From a virus, in the UHGV virus genome UHGV-0328628: DNA of 42,773 nt. One strand, given 5' to 3'. Positions within the stretch are counted from its first letter, which is position 1, and each line of letters opens with the position of its first letter. Shown in pieces: positions 9,342-18,631 of this stretch. The notes under the pieces are model-generated. The model was given only the letters and a program-made list of their open reading frames with translations, was not told where the DNA came from and ran no database searches. The position numbers were made by a program, and so were the translations under genes.

Positions 9342-10547
9342 CTATCCTGCGACTGGTGGCTCTACTGGTGTTTCGTCGGCAATAGCTGTAAATGTAGCTA
9401 ATACTAACGCTTCATCATCTACCAATTGCACATCGAAACGGTCAATTACCCGAACCTTGGTAGTATCTGTTTCGAACGCTCCGCCACCAATATTAGTAGT
9501 CAACAAGCTCATGTTTTCTCGGTCATACAAAGTGACAGCTTCTTTCATGTCACCGATATAGAGTGGGAATTTAGGAGAAGCAGTAGTCCCTTTGTTTGGC
9601 AAGAAACGGTTAGCGATTTTCTTAATCGGTTTGCCCAAGAAAGTATATCCAGTTGCAGAAGTTACGTCTTTTTGTAACAAGTAAGATCCATCAGAACGTT
9701 TTACTTTATCCAAAACATTGTAGCCATCTTGGTTTGTAATAAACATAGATGTAGCTTCAATAGCTGGGTCAAGTTGAACGTTTACGATATCTTTAATCCC
9801 ATCAACATCAGTAACATCTTTCTTTTGCGCCGCTTTGATTCCATCAATAGCTGCCAAGATTTTTGTATTGCGAGTAACTACTACTTTTTTCGCAATCCAT
9901 TTAGACAACCATGTCAAAATGTTTTCGGCAGTATCTTTTAGCAAGCTGTTAGTTACTGTAGAAATACCTGCGTAGCGTTTGATCAAATATTTGATCAAGT
10001 AAAGTGCAGGATCATCATTTGCCGGGATTTCACCGTCTTCAGTATCCAAAGCGGTCAGTGGTGTAATATCAGACCATTTTTCATAAACCCGAGAACCGCT
10101 AGTAGTGGTCACTTTTTCAACGTTTACGTATTCTTGCAACGAGTCAAATTGGCGGACCAAGGTGTGAATGGTGGTTTGCACGTCCACAGGAATAGTCAAT
10201 CCGATAGCATTACCAGATTCATCCGTATCAGATGTCAAAGTAGCCATAATAGCAGGATCACCATTGACCATCGCTTTAAAGTCTTTGATAAACTTGTTTT
10301 TCAAGTTTTCATCTTTTTTATCTAATGGTTCTTTTTTGACGTTTAAGACTTGTTCGGCTTCCATATTTGCCACTTGCTCTTTCAATCCGTCCCGTTTAGC
10401 CCGTGCTGCTTTTACTTGTGCTTGCAAACTTACTACATCTTCTTCTGTTTTTTCATCGTCAACCAATGCTGCATTGAGTTGTGCATTTAAGTCAGAGACT
10501 TTACTTCCCGCCTCGACCCACGCATTTTTTAATTGTTCTAAATTCAT
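9342..10547 (-). CDS. Major capsid protein, HK97 fold, with N-terminal delta (scaffold-like) coiled coil
   Basis: 401 aa; coiled-coil N-terminus, then capsid-like body; follows the ClpP-type prohead protease. Confidence 0.85.
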   Translation of the reverse strand: MNLEQLKNAWVEAGSKVSDLNAQLNAALVDDEKTEEDVVSLQAQVKAARAKRDGLKEQVANMEAEQVLNVKKEPLDKKDENLKNKFIKDFKAMVNGDPAIMATLTSDTDESGNAIGLTIPVDVQTTIHTLVRQFDSLQEYVNVEKVTTTSGSRVYEKWSDITPLTALDTEDGEIPANDDPALYLIKYLIKRYAGISTVTNSLLKDTAENILTWLSKWIAKKVVVTRNTKILAAIDGIKAAQKKDVTDVDGIKDIVNVQLDPAIEATSMFITNQDGYNVLDKVKRSDGSYLLQKDVTSATGYTFLGKPIKKIANRFLPNKGTTASPKFPLYIGDMKEAVTLYDRENMSLLTTNIGGGAFETDTTKVRVIDRFDVQLVDDEALVLATFTAIADETPVEPPVAG

Positions 10548-11221
10548 TCGTTTTTCCCTCCATTTAAGGCTTTTAGTTTTTTCTGCAAGAGTGTTTCTTC
10601 TTGCGGTGCTTCCGCTTTGAGTATTAAATTTTTCAACTTAGTTACTGCGTTTTTTGGAATAACCGGTTGAGAGGCATTGAGTACCGTTACTGGTGCTTCT
10701 GCAAACATAATTTCATCTGCAAACCCTTCCGCCACTGCTGTTTGTGCGTTTAACCAAGTATCTTTTGCCATTAAATCAGCAAGTTTTTTTCGATCGAGTC
10801 CTGTTTTGATCTCGTAAGCATTAACAATAGACTCATCCACACTGCTTAACATTTCTGCATCGGCTTTTAATTCCTCAGCGTTGCCACTAGTGGTCACCCA
10901 TGCGTTATGAATCATGATGTGTGCTGTTGGCGAGATTCTAAGCGGTTCGCAAGCACAAGCAATTACACTCGCAGCACTTGCCGCAATGCTCACAACATTT
11001 CCGGATACCTTTCCCGGATAGGCGCGGATAGCGGTATATATTTCACTCGCCGCTAGGACATCCCCGCCGTTCGATGAGATATCAAGTTCTACTTCATCCC
11101 CCGCCGCTTCTGTAAGAGCAGCAGAAATTTTCCCTGGCGAGATACAATTGATCCCAAACCAGTCATAAAGCCACGCGGTATCGTTATCTACGACATCGCC
11201 GCTTAACGTCACTTTTTTCAT
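10544..11221 (-). CDS. ClpP-like prohead serine protease
   Basis: ClpP/S14 signature region SNGGDVLAASEIYTAIRAY...HIMIHNAW; position between portal and capsid. Confidence 0.85.
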   Translation of the reverse strand: MKKVTLSGDVVDNDTAWLYDWFGINCISPGKISAALTEAAGDEVELDISSNGGDVLAASEIYTAIRAYPGKVSGNVVSIAASAASVIACACEPLRISPTAHIMIHNAWVTTSGNAEELKADAEMLSSVDESIVNAYEIKTGLDRKKLADLMAKDTWLNAQTAVAEGFADEIMFAEAPVTVLNASQPVIPKNAVTKLKNLILKAEAPQEETLLQKKLKALNGGKNE

Positions 11222-11256
11222 CCTTCCACCCCCCTTCGGTGCAAACTAAAAAAAGC

Positions 11257-12477
11257 CTAACCGTTTTCGGCTACGCTTTTAGACGAGGTTGTTTTTCTTA
11301 ATGTTGGATCCATATCGATTGGATATAGGTCTCCGGAAATATGATAATCATCCATACCGGTTTTATTTATCGGTTGCAAGTCCTCAAATCTTCGGACATC
11401 ATTCGCTGAGTATGCTCCGCCTCGTCGCATGATTTGATAGAATTGTCCCCTTGCCTGAGTGTCAGCTCTTAGCAAACTTGCGACATTAAACTTATATCGA
11501 TAACCTTTTGCTTTTTCGGTTCTCGATAGTGTTTTCTTATTTAGTTCCGCTTCATATTGATTAACGGTCGGTACTAGATTGTACGTCAAAAATTCCATAT
11601 TGAGCTGTTCTTGAGAGGAGTAACTCGACTGGTTATTCCCGATGAAATGCTCCGGCACATTGTAGACCATCGCGATTCTGGAGCGAGATACTTTATCAGT
11701 ATCTAAAAGTTTACTATCGACTAAATCTCGTTTCAGACGCTCAATTTCTACACCGTTTTCTTCCACAAGTAGTCCACCGTTTTGTCGATAAAAATCAGCA
11801 ATGTTTTTAACTGTAGCTTTTTTAGCTTCTTCATCCATATTGCTAGCAAACTTAACTTTTAAACCTTCGTTACTTCCTTTAAGCTGGCTTAAAGAGATTT
11901 TTCGGACCTCTCGATCATATCCGAGGGTGTTCGTTAATACTTTTGTGGGATCTGTACCTTCTAAACCGCCAAACCTCGGCTGCTTAAAATGGAGCATTTC
12001 CATGTAATGTACATAGATAACTTGCTTGTAACTGCCTTTGTCAGTCGCAGTTACTTGGTAGTAAAGCTCCCCGCTATCCATATCAATCACTGGATGGCAA
12101 GCACCAGGTTTTACTAACGCCATATCTGCTACTTCTCCATTGATATTTCGGAAAATCTGCACATACGCATTCCCTTGGTAGTTTCTCAAAACTTCCACGT
12201 CCCGGAAAAAATCAAACTTTGTAAAATATCGAGGGCCTTCGCTCAACAAGTTGTATGCAGGACAGTCGTCCGGTTGGCCAAACTCCACATCTATCATTTT
12301 GAGAGGGAGAGACGCAAAAACGTTTGATACACGGCTAATTACGGAAAAAATCCCTTCTGATATTTCATCTTTTCCGACTAAATACGGTATCAATCCCGGG
12401 TCATTCAAAAAATACTCTTGTTTGCTCGCTTTCGGCTTTGATCTACCAAAAGAACGCAAACGATCTAAAATACTCAT
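11257..12477 (-). CDS. Portal protein (HK97 family)
   Basis: 406 aa; directly downstream of the large terminase. Confidence 0.85.
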   Translation of the reverse strand: MSILDRLRSFGRSKPKASKQEYFLNDPGLIPYLVGKDEISEGIFSVISRVSNVFASLPLKMIDVEFGQPDDCPAYNLLSEGPRYFTKFDFFRDVEVLRNYQGNAYVQIFRNINGEVADMALVKPGACHPVIDMDSGELYYQVTATDKGSYKQVIYVHYMEMLHFKQPRFGGLEGTDPTKVLTNTLGYDREVRKISLSQLKGSNEGLKVKFASNMDEEAKKATVKNIADFYRQNGGLLVEENGVEIERLKRDLVDSKLLDTDKVSRSRIAMVYNVPEHFIGNNQSSYSSQEQLNMEFLTYNLVPTVNQYEAELNKKTLSRTEKAKGYRYKFNVASLLRADTQARGQFYQIMRRGGAYSANDVRRFEDLQPINKTGMDDYHISGDLYPIDMDPTLRKTTSSKSVAENG

Positions 12478-12491
12478 TCCTCCACGCCTTT

Positions 12492-14300
12492 CTACATATT
12501 CATTAAGTCATTTATTGAGTAAAACGTTACTTTCCCAGTTCCGACAGGATTAACTAGCATATCCAACACCTCGGCATGGCTGTTTAGCGTTGCCGCAAAC
12601 CCATCAATTTTCCGGTTCTTGGATTGCTTAGACGGCATCCAGTTTGAGTTACGATCCATCACCAGCTTGACGTTGGATAGATACCATCGGTAAAGCTTGG
12701 AATTGTTGAAAATCACCTTACCGTCCAATAGCATTTCCTTGAAGTTTTGCATTGGCCCGCCGAGAGAAAGAAAACCTTGACGTATTTCTCTAGTCACAAA
12801 TCCGGCGTTTTCCAATTCTTTGTTCAATCGCAAAGCCTTGGCTTTGTCGTAATTAATTTTTACAATGTCATAAATCTTCGAGTTTTCTACAAACCAATCA
12901 AGCACATATTCGTAATTCACATAATCGCCAGGGATAATCGTTAAATCTCCTGCTTTCTCCCACACGTCTATCCGTTCTTGATTGTTATCTCGATCATATC
13001 TAGCTTGTGGGATCCATGTGTGTTGCAAAATGAATACCTCGCCGGTTTCAAGCGGAAATTCTAAAACAGCCGCGGTAAAGTCTTCTGTTTCCGATAAGTC
13101 AAAACCACCGACACATTTTTTCCCGATTAGGGTTTCAGCGTCGAGGGTTTTATTATTTTTCTTAATGGTTGGCATATCAACAAATGAGAGTTCGTCAATA
13201 TCGGAAAACAGATTAAACTGTTTTGTAATCCAATCGGCGTATTCTTTCGGGTCCTTTTTGTCTTTTATATAATCATCAATCATGCCGACAAAATTCATTA
13301 AGCAGATATTCGGATTGGCTTTAATCCACATTCGTGGGTCATCAGCTTCTTCCGGCTTATCTAATTTCGCTAAATAGTAAAACGTCCGCTCGTCTAGATT
13401 GTCATCGAGATGTTCCAAGCAGTCCACACCTTGGTCAAAGTAAGACATTAAGGGACCGTCTAACACGTAGCCAGCAGTCGTGATATACACGATTAACGGT
13501 TGTTTTCGTGTTCCACGTGATTTCTTGATTACATTGATTAGTTTGTAATTCGTAAACTCGTGGATTTCATCAAAAATACCAAAATGTGTATTGAGTCCGT
13601 CAAGCTTTCGGCTATCCGACGCCCGCGGTTCCATTTTGGAAAACGCCGGCGCATAGTTAATGGACGATCGTTTTGGCTTTCCAAATTTTTTGAACAATGC
13701 AGGCGATTGTTTAACCATTTCTGACGCTTTATCAAACAACAAACTTGCTTGGTCTCGTGCGTTAGCCAATACATACACGTTAGCGCCTTGTTCGTCGTCA
13801 TAAGCTACCATGTAAGTGGAGAGTCCACTTATAAGACTCGTTTTTCCGTTTTTCCGAGATACGAATACCAAAGACTCACGAAAACGACGCTCGCCGGTGT
13901 CTTTGTGTATCCATCCATACATCGAGCCGATGATAAAATGTTGCCAGGGTTGCAAGACAAATGCTTCAAAATCGCCTTCTGTCGGTTTGCATTTTTTCTC
14001 AATATAGCGAATTGGTCGATGACCTTTTTCCTCATCGAAAATCCAAGGGAAGTCTTCTGTTCCTTGCCGGTCCAAATCTTTCATGTGGCGTTTGGCAGCC
14101 AGAATATTTTCTTTGCTTGCAGGGATACTCCCATCTATCAATCGTTCCGCATACCACGTTGTTAACAACTCTGGATACGCTTGTTTTAGATAGCCTCCCC
14201 ACGATGCCTGTTCCTCTAAATAGTTCTGCCAATAGTCCACACGTTCGGTGTAGGACATTTCTAAAATATTAGAAGTCGTCATCGTCATCACCGCCGTCAT
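12492..14300 (-). CDS. terL: Terminase large subunit
   Basis: 602 aa; ATPase N-terminus and nuclease C-terminus typical of the Terminase_1 family; the start overlaps the TerS end and its exact position is uncertain. Confidence 0.9.
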   Translation of the reverse strand: MTAVMTMTTSNILEMSYTERVDYWQNYLEEQASWGGYLKQAYPELLTTWYAERLIDGSIPASKENILAAKRHMKDLDRQGTEDFPWIFDEEKGHRPIRYIEKKCKPTEGDFEAFVLQPWQHFIIGSMYGWIHKDTGERRFRESLVFVSRKNGKTSLISGLSTYMVAYDDEQGANVYVLANARDQASLLFDKASEMVKQSPALFKKFGKPKRSSINYAPAFSKMEPRASDSRKLDGLNTHFGIFDEIHEFTNYKLINVIKKSRGTRKQPLIVYITTAGYVLDGPLMSYFDQGVDCLEHLDDNLDERTFYYLAKLDKPEEADDPRMWIKANPNICLMNFVGMIDDYIKDKKDPKEYADWITKQFNLFSDIDELSFVDMPTIKKNNKTLDAETLIGKKCVGGFDLSETEDFTAAVLEFPLETGEVFILQHTWIPQARYDRDNNQERIDVWEKAGDLTIIPGDYVNYEYVLDWFVENSKIYDIVKINYDKAKALRLNKELENAGFVTREIRQGFLSLGGPMQNFKEMLLDGKVIFNNSKLYRWYLSNVKLVMDRNSNWMPSKQSKNRKIDGFAATLNSHAEVLDMLVNPVGTGKVTFYSINDLMNM

Positions 14301-14823
14301 CAGCCATCTTAATAGCTAATTTAGCTCTAGCAGAAGGTGACAGCCCTAAGTCACTACCAAAAGACCGGAGATTTCGGGACGCCGTGTCCATCTGTCGAGA
14401 GAGCGGGTTGCCAATTAGTTCGTTTGGGTCATTGAACGGCTTTCCTTCTGCCTCGGCTTCTTGTTTAGCAATCGCATAATTCAGCTTGTATTCGCGCTGT
14501 AATTTCCGAAGCTGTTTTTCTAACGCGACATATTGGGAGTACCAGTCAGCGTAGAGTGCCATAGCATGTACGTCCGGATTACTAACCAACTCCACAGTTA
14601 GCAATTCTTCTGCAATAAATTCAAACGTCGCTTTTCCTAGCGGGTCGAGCCATGTCGGTGGTTTGATTTTATCGGTCGCCATTTTCATTTTTTCTTCGGC
14701 AGCCGCTCGCTTGCGAAGTTCATCGGTATTTTTTTTATTCGGATTTCCGTTTAACAATTGCAGCTTTGCACTTTTTGCTGGTTGTGGCATATCACATACC
14801 TCCTTTCTTTTGGTAAGTACCAA
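14269..14823 (-). CDS. terS: Terminase small subunit (P27 family)
   Basis: 184 aa; N-terminus MPQPAKSAKLQLLNGNPNKK typical of P27-family TerS; acidic C-terminal tail. Confidence 0.75.
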   Translation of the reverse strand: MVLTKRKEVCDMPQPAKSAKLQLLNGNPNKKNTDELRKRAAAEEKMKMATDKIKPPTWLDPLGKATFEFIAEELLTVELVSNPDVHAMALYADWYSQYVALEKQLRKLQREYKLNYAIAKQEAEAEGKPFNDPNELIGNPLSRQMDTASRNLRSFGSDLGLSPSARAKLAIKMADDGGDDDDDF

Positions 14824-14931
14824 AAAAACTTAAAAAGCGGTGTTAGTGTGAAGGAAGGACAGCACCGTTCTTCTCAAGCCTTACTCTTTAATCTTTTAGA
14901 GTAGGGGGGCTACCTTCATTTCGCTGCAAAC

Positions 14932-15234
14932 TTATCTTTCAGGAGTTGAATACATTTTAACGATATGTGATTTAGGTTTTGGTTTCTTCTTCCCGCCTGA
15001 TCTCTCTGGATGTTCTCTGTTGTGACAAGCTACACAGATACATTCAAGGTTATCTACGGACCAGAACAGTGACAGGTCTTCCCTCGCCTCGACTATGTGA
15101 TGGATGATCGTGCCTCGACGCTTGCACTCTTGGCACATGCCGAAATCTCTAGCTATTACTACTTGCCTTAGGTCTCGCCATCGTTTGGTCTTGTATAGTT
15201 TGTCTATCTCGTCTCTAGGTCTAGCTTCTTTCAT
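14932..15234 (-). CDS. HNH endonuclease (terminase-associated)
   Basis: CQECKRRG...HHIV...CVACHNREH motif; located immediately upstream of terS, as in cos-type phages. Confidence 0.85.
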   Translation of the reverse strand: MKEARPRDEIDKLYKTKRWRDLRQVVIARDFGMCQECKRRGTIIHHIVEAREDLSLFWSVDNLECICVACHNREHPERSGGKKKPKPKSHIVKMYSTPER

Positions 15235-15774
15235 TTACATATCTCTCTTGTGCCCAATGATTTTTCTATCTAAGTACTTGTCATTATGTGAATCATAATA
15301 TTCAATAGTGATGTCGTTCGCTCCTCTATCATCATTAGTAAAATCATCAGTCTTCCAATGATACGAGACATCTATTAATCCTTTAAGCAATTCATCCAAC
15401 CTCTCGCCTTTGTACCAAACCTCTGGTACTGAATCAGTATCCTTCAGTTTGATTTCTAGTAGGTTAGGTTCTTCTTTGTTATTCAGATACTTAAGGCTTT
15501 GTTCAAGCAACTTCATTGATTTAACTCTTGCTTCTGCTCCAACAAAGTCATTAGTGAATTGTTCCACTGCATAAGCTTTCTGAAGTTCCATAGCGTCCTT
15601 AATTTCAGGAAGATAGCTGTAGAAACTATCAACCAGTAATTTTCCACGTGGTATCTTTTCAAAGTCTCCGCCTGTAAACACAAACGTAGCCGGATACGAT
15701 TGTCTAATCGCTCTTCCTAGGCATTCCGATGTTACTATGTTGTATCCTTCTTGAATGTAATCTACTAACCTCAT
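15235..15774 (-). CDS. Hypothetical protein
   Basis: 179 aa ORF; ATGA coupling with the upstream ORF. Confidence 0.5.
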   Translation of the reverse strand: MRLVDYIQEGYNIVTSECLGRAIRQSYPATFVFTGGDFEKIPRGKLLVDSFYSYLPEIKDAMELQKAYAVEQFTNDFVGAEARVKSMKLLEQSLKYLNNKEEPNLLEIKLKDTDSVPEVWYKGERLDELLKGLIDVSYHWKTDDFTNDDRGANDITIEYYDSHNDKYLDRKIIGHKRDM

Positions 15775-15971
15775 TACTCTTCCTCCTTAATCCATTTAAA
15801 GAATCTAAACCACGCTAATGTCTGTTCTTTGCTGTCATGCTCTGGACTGCTATGACTCTCTGCTTTCAACACGTGGATAGCAACATCATTCACAGTATAT
15901 GAGTCTGGCAGTTTATCTTTTGCATGATTGAAACATTGCTGCAAGTATTCAAAGTATGTCATCTCAGCCAC
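15774..15971 (-). CDS. Hypothetical small protein
   Basis: 65 aa; overlapping-coupled gene chain. Confidence 0.4.
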   Translation of the reverse strand: MAEMTYFEYLQQCFNHAKDKLPDSYTVNDVAIHVLKAESHSSPEHDSKEQTLAWFRFFKWIKEEE

Positions 15972-16162
15972 CTCTTTATATTCTCTTGAATGTGTTTGTC
16001 ATTAAACCAACCGATACCAACGAGAACCAACTTGTACTGATCAATTTCATTAGGTGTCGCTTCGTCCGTTAGTTCAACAATCGTATAGCGTTTAGCTATC
16101 TGCGCAGACATTGCGCGCTGCGGATAGTTCCCTGCTAATGAAATGTACCAGTGGGTTCTCAT
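15959..16162 (-). CDS. Hypothetical small protein
   Basis: 67 aa; its start forms ATGA with the upstream 58-aa ORF. Confidence 0.4.
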   Translation of the reverse strand: MRTHWYISLAGNYPQRAMSAQIAKRYTIVELTDEATPNEIDQYKLVLVGIGWFNDKHIQENIKRWLR

Positions 16163-16167
16163 TTGGA

Positions 16168-16344
16168 TCAGTCCTTTCTTCGATGTATCTTTCTTCCGTA
16201 TCGCCTAGTGACTTCATTGTTTTCTTTACGTTTATATGTATTACTCTTTATTGGCTTTCGAATTGTTAGGTAAGGTTCTGAATCTGAACTGGCATAAATA
16301 TAAGTTTCTTCATATCGTTGTTCGAGATATTGTGGGCGATACAT
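16168..16344 (-). CDS. Small basic protein (58 aa) missing from the ORF track
   Basis: Strong RBS AAGGAGGG 5 nt before ATG 16344; stop TGA overlaps the next start. Confidence 0.4.
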   Translation of the reverse strand: MYRPQYLEQRYEETYIYASSDSEPYLTIRKPIKSNTYKRKENNEVTRRYGRKIHRRKD

Positions 16345-16493
16345 TTTAGTTCCCTCCTTATATTGTCCTGTAAGCGTTACAATGATATAATCCCTTTAGG
16401 GTGAATCCTTTAAAAGTTTGTTTTTCACTTGGCCATCGTGTAAACGGTGGTCTATTTTTGTATGCAAAATAAAACAGCCTCACGAGGAGACTG

Positions 16494-16676
16494 CTAAATT
16501 CTGTATTTTCCTTCCGGATCCGCCATCAACTCTACTGAGCGATCTAATTTCATTCCCCTGACTTTATTGTTCAATGATTCTTTAGCCTCAACGATTTCTT
16601 CAACAGAGACATCTTTTCTTCGAGTCAAGTTTTTCAAATATGCTGCTTCACCTTTGATAATAGCTTCTTGTAACAT
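16494..16676 (-). CDS. Hypothetical small protein (true start probably MLQEAIIKG)
   Basis: RBS GGAGGAGG 7 nt upstream of the internal ATG; followed by a hairpin plus U-run terminator. Confidence 0.45.
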   Translation of the reverse strand: MLQEAIIKGEAAYLKNLTRRKDVSVEEIVEAKESLNNKVRGMKLDRSVELMADPEGKYRI

Positions 16677-16724
16677 TTCAATTCCTCCTCCAATAATCGG
16701 CCATCGAAAATGTAGGTTTTCGGC

Positions 16725-16750
16725 CAAAATAAAAAGACCGCCGAAGCGAT
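16725..16750 (-). terminator. Rho-independent terminator (GATCGC-UUCG-GCGGUC then UUUUUAUUUU) downstream of the tRNA-like elements
   Basis: 6-bp stem with UUCG tetraloop followed by a U-tract on the minus strand. Confidence 0.6.
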
Positions 16751-16830
16751 CTTGATTATGTATTTGTGCAACCTACATAGCACCGTCATCGTGCTGTTCC
16801 TCCACGTACCACTTATATCCTCGGTTGCTA

Positions 16831-16905
16831 TTGACGCGGCCGGATTCGAACCGACCTCATTTCCAACTCTAACAGTCAGACGCATCACCAATGATGCTAC
16901 ACGTC
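16831..16905 (-). tRNA. tRNA-like element with canonical acceptor stem, D-arm (G18G19) and T-arm (GGTTCGAATCC) but no recognisable anticodon stem; possibly a degenerate or pseudo tRNA
   Basis: 7-bp acceptor pairing TGACGTG/CGCGTCA, U8, D-stem GCAT/ATGC, T-stem GTCGG/CCGGC with TTCGAAT loop; the anticodon region does not fold canonically. Confidence 0.4.
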
Positions 16906-16983
16906 AACTCGGAGGAGCTACCTCCTAGCATATGCTTTCGGGTCAGATACTTAGCGTTGGCCAGTTCACTAAGTCCTCCCTAA

Positions 16984-17087
16984 GTCACTGGCAAGGATTC
17001 GAACCTTGCACTGTTTTGATAGCCATACATCAGGGCAGGTCTATCACCTCTACCCATTTATAGCGTGTACCCTTTCCGCCACAGTGA
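16984..17087 (-). tRNA. Second tRNA-like element (about 104 nt): acceptor stem GTCACTG/CAGTGAC plus T-arm CAAGG-TTCGAAT-CCTTG, with a long non-canonical central region
   Basis: Perfect T-loop consensus and 7-bp acceptor complementarity 100 nt apart; too long for, and not foldable as, a standard tRNA by eye. Confidence 0.3.
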
Positions 17088-17187
17088 CATAAATAACGGC
17101 ATGCTCAATGTAGAAATCATTATTTCATGCCGCCAATTGTTTACCTACTCTGTTTCCGCAAAGTGGCAATGTAGTCAAAAAGAGAAT

Positions 17188-17283
17188 AACCCACCAAGCT
17201 AGACGTTTTTATGTTAAGAGGTATAAGGAGAAACTTCATGCCAATAAAGTTAGTTTGAGTCGTCTGCTTGGTGGATTATCTAC
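17188..17283 (-). terminator. Long imperfect inverted repeat (about 19-bp arms) followed by a U-rich tract downstream of the ArpU gene
   Basis: ATAACCCACCAAGCTAGACG ... CGTCTGCTTGGTGGATTAT; on the minus strand the stem is followed by UUAUUCUCUUUUUG. Confidence 0.4.
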
Positions 17284-17354
17284 TCTATCATTTTATTTCA
17301 TAATTACCCCCGTAAACGGTAGTCTTTTACCCCTGTAAACGGCGCGTTTTACGG

Positions 17355-17819
17355 TCATTTTAGTTTTAACCTGCGCGCGAGCATGGTTACTACTGCCGTA
17401 TCTTTTTTTCTACACGCATCTTCTGATAGGTGAATTTGTTTGCTAACCTTTACCCAATTAGGTAAATCTTTTGGCCGTCTGCATTTACTACCATCGTCAC
17501 TAAGATATCTTGCTTGCAGCAGTTCAACTGCATCATCACTTAAATCCTCAATAAGATTTTTGACAATCTCAACATGTCTTACAGTTGATAAGAATTCTTC
17601 GTTGGTCCATACTCTTTCCGCTTCTGCCTCTTGCGGCGCGATATTAGATGACACATGGGAACCACCGATATTTTCGTCTGCTTCTCGATAAGGATGTCTT
17701 AGACTCTCTTCAATGGATTTAATTTGCTTTGCTTCATAGTTATGACACCGCAATACTTTTCTTGCGTAATTCCTTGCTTCTTCACTGACCCTATAAAATT
17801 TCAATAATTCGACCTCCAA
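17355..17819 (-). CDS. ArpU-family phage late transcriptional regulator
   Basis: 154 aa; position upstream of the packaging genes; ArpU-like sequence features. Confidence 0.65.
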   Translation of the reverse strand: MEVELLKFYRVSEEARNYARKVLRCHNYEAKQIKSIEESLRHPYREADENIGGSHVSSNIAPQEAEAERVWTNEEFLSTVRHVEIVKNLIEDLSDDAVELLQARYLSDDGSKCRRPKDLPNWVKVSKQIHLSEDACRKKDTAVVTMLARRLKLK

Positions 17820-17864
17820 ATATCAACGTTTATTTTTGTTATGCACATATTAACAAGTTTATCC

Positions 17865-17908
17865 ACAATATATCGTAGGAACGTATTTTCGCGTACAATA
17901 TATTGTGT
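17865..17908. promoter_or_regulatory. Palindromic element upstream of the ArpU gene: repeats of ACAATATAT, one forming the perfect palindrome ACAATATATTGT
   Basis: CACAATATAT (17865-17874) and ATATATTGTG (17899-17908) flanking a 24-nt spacer in an AT-rich intergenic region. Confidence 0.45.
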
Positions 17909-17945
17909 TTTTAACTTCTGTATGCTAACTCAACATTTAAGTTCG

Positions 17946-18197
17946 TCAATCATTATTTACAGCCTTACTAACATTTTCTTTTCCAAGAAGTACTTCTCCG
18001 GTTCCTTGGCATCCGTCCAAGACTCCCTTGATGTAGTAATAACGATTGTTATTCTGTTGTTGCTTCTCCATCAGTTCAATGTTAAACACTTTTATCTTTT
18101 CAAAGCTGTTTACCATTAATGAAAATCTATAATTAAATGTTATAGATCGATAAGCAAATCCGATAATTACTCCACTAATCAAGAAAATAAAGTTCAT
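17946..18197 (-). CDS. Hypothetical membrane protein (start MNFIFLISGVIIGF)
   Basis: RBS AGGAGG 6 nt upstream of the internal ATG; N-terminal TM helix. Confidence 0.4.
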   Translation of the reverse strand: MNFIFLISGVIIGFAYRSITFNYRFSLMVNSFEKIKVFNIELMEKQQQNNNRYYYIKGVLDGCQGTGEVLLGKENVSKAVNND

Positions 18198-18239
18198 TTC
18201 ATACCTCCTAACCCTATGCAATAGGCGACGATCCCGGAT

Positions 18240-18461
18240 CTATTCGATGCCATCTTTTTTATTTCTTAGGTAGATTCGATACCATAAAGCGCTAATACTA
18301 ATATGAATATCCCGTAAGCGATCACCAATTAAACAAACCGCGTAGAGTAATACGAACAAAAGTGATCTATTCCAGTCTTCTACGAACACATATATAGTGG
18401 CCATCACCAACAAAAATATTGGATACGCTGCAACTAAAAATTCTTGAATTTTCTTTTTCAT
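18240..18461 (-). CDS. Hypothetical 2-TM membrane protein
   Basis: 73 aa hydrophobic ORF; ATGA coupling with the upstream small ORF. Confidence 0.45.
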   Translation of the reverse strand: MKKKIQEFLVAAYPIFLLVMATIYVFVEDWNRSLLFVLLYAVCLIGDRLRDIHISISALWYRIYLRNKKDGIE

Positions 18462-18631
18462 CCTTCCACCTCCAACAACTCTGGCTTAACTTCTAAAATA
18501 GTCGATTCATGAATTGGTGGATAAGCTAGATTATGATCTGTTATCAAATCATACTTACGTTCTCCACATTCGCAGTGGCCGCATAAAACAACTTTTAGCG
18601 TATGCTGCTCGATTAGTTCTTTTAATTTCAT
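18458..18631 (-). CDS. Small Cys-rich protein (57 aa, CGHCEC) missing from the ORF track
   Basis: ATGA overlaps at both ends (with YopX upstream and the membrane protein downstream). Confidence 0.35.
   Translation of the reverse strand: MKLKELIEQHTLKVVLCGHCECGERKYDLITDHNLAYPPIHESTILEVKPELLEVEG

Noticed and set aside
13538-14272. Multiple short ORFs on both strands inside the terL coding region
   Set aside because: They sit inside a continuous 602-aa terminase ORF with clear family features
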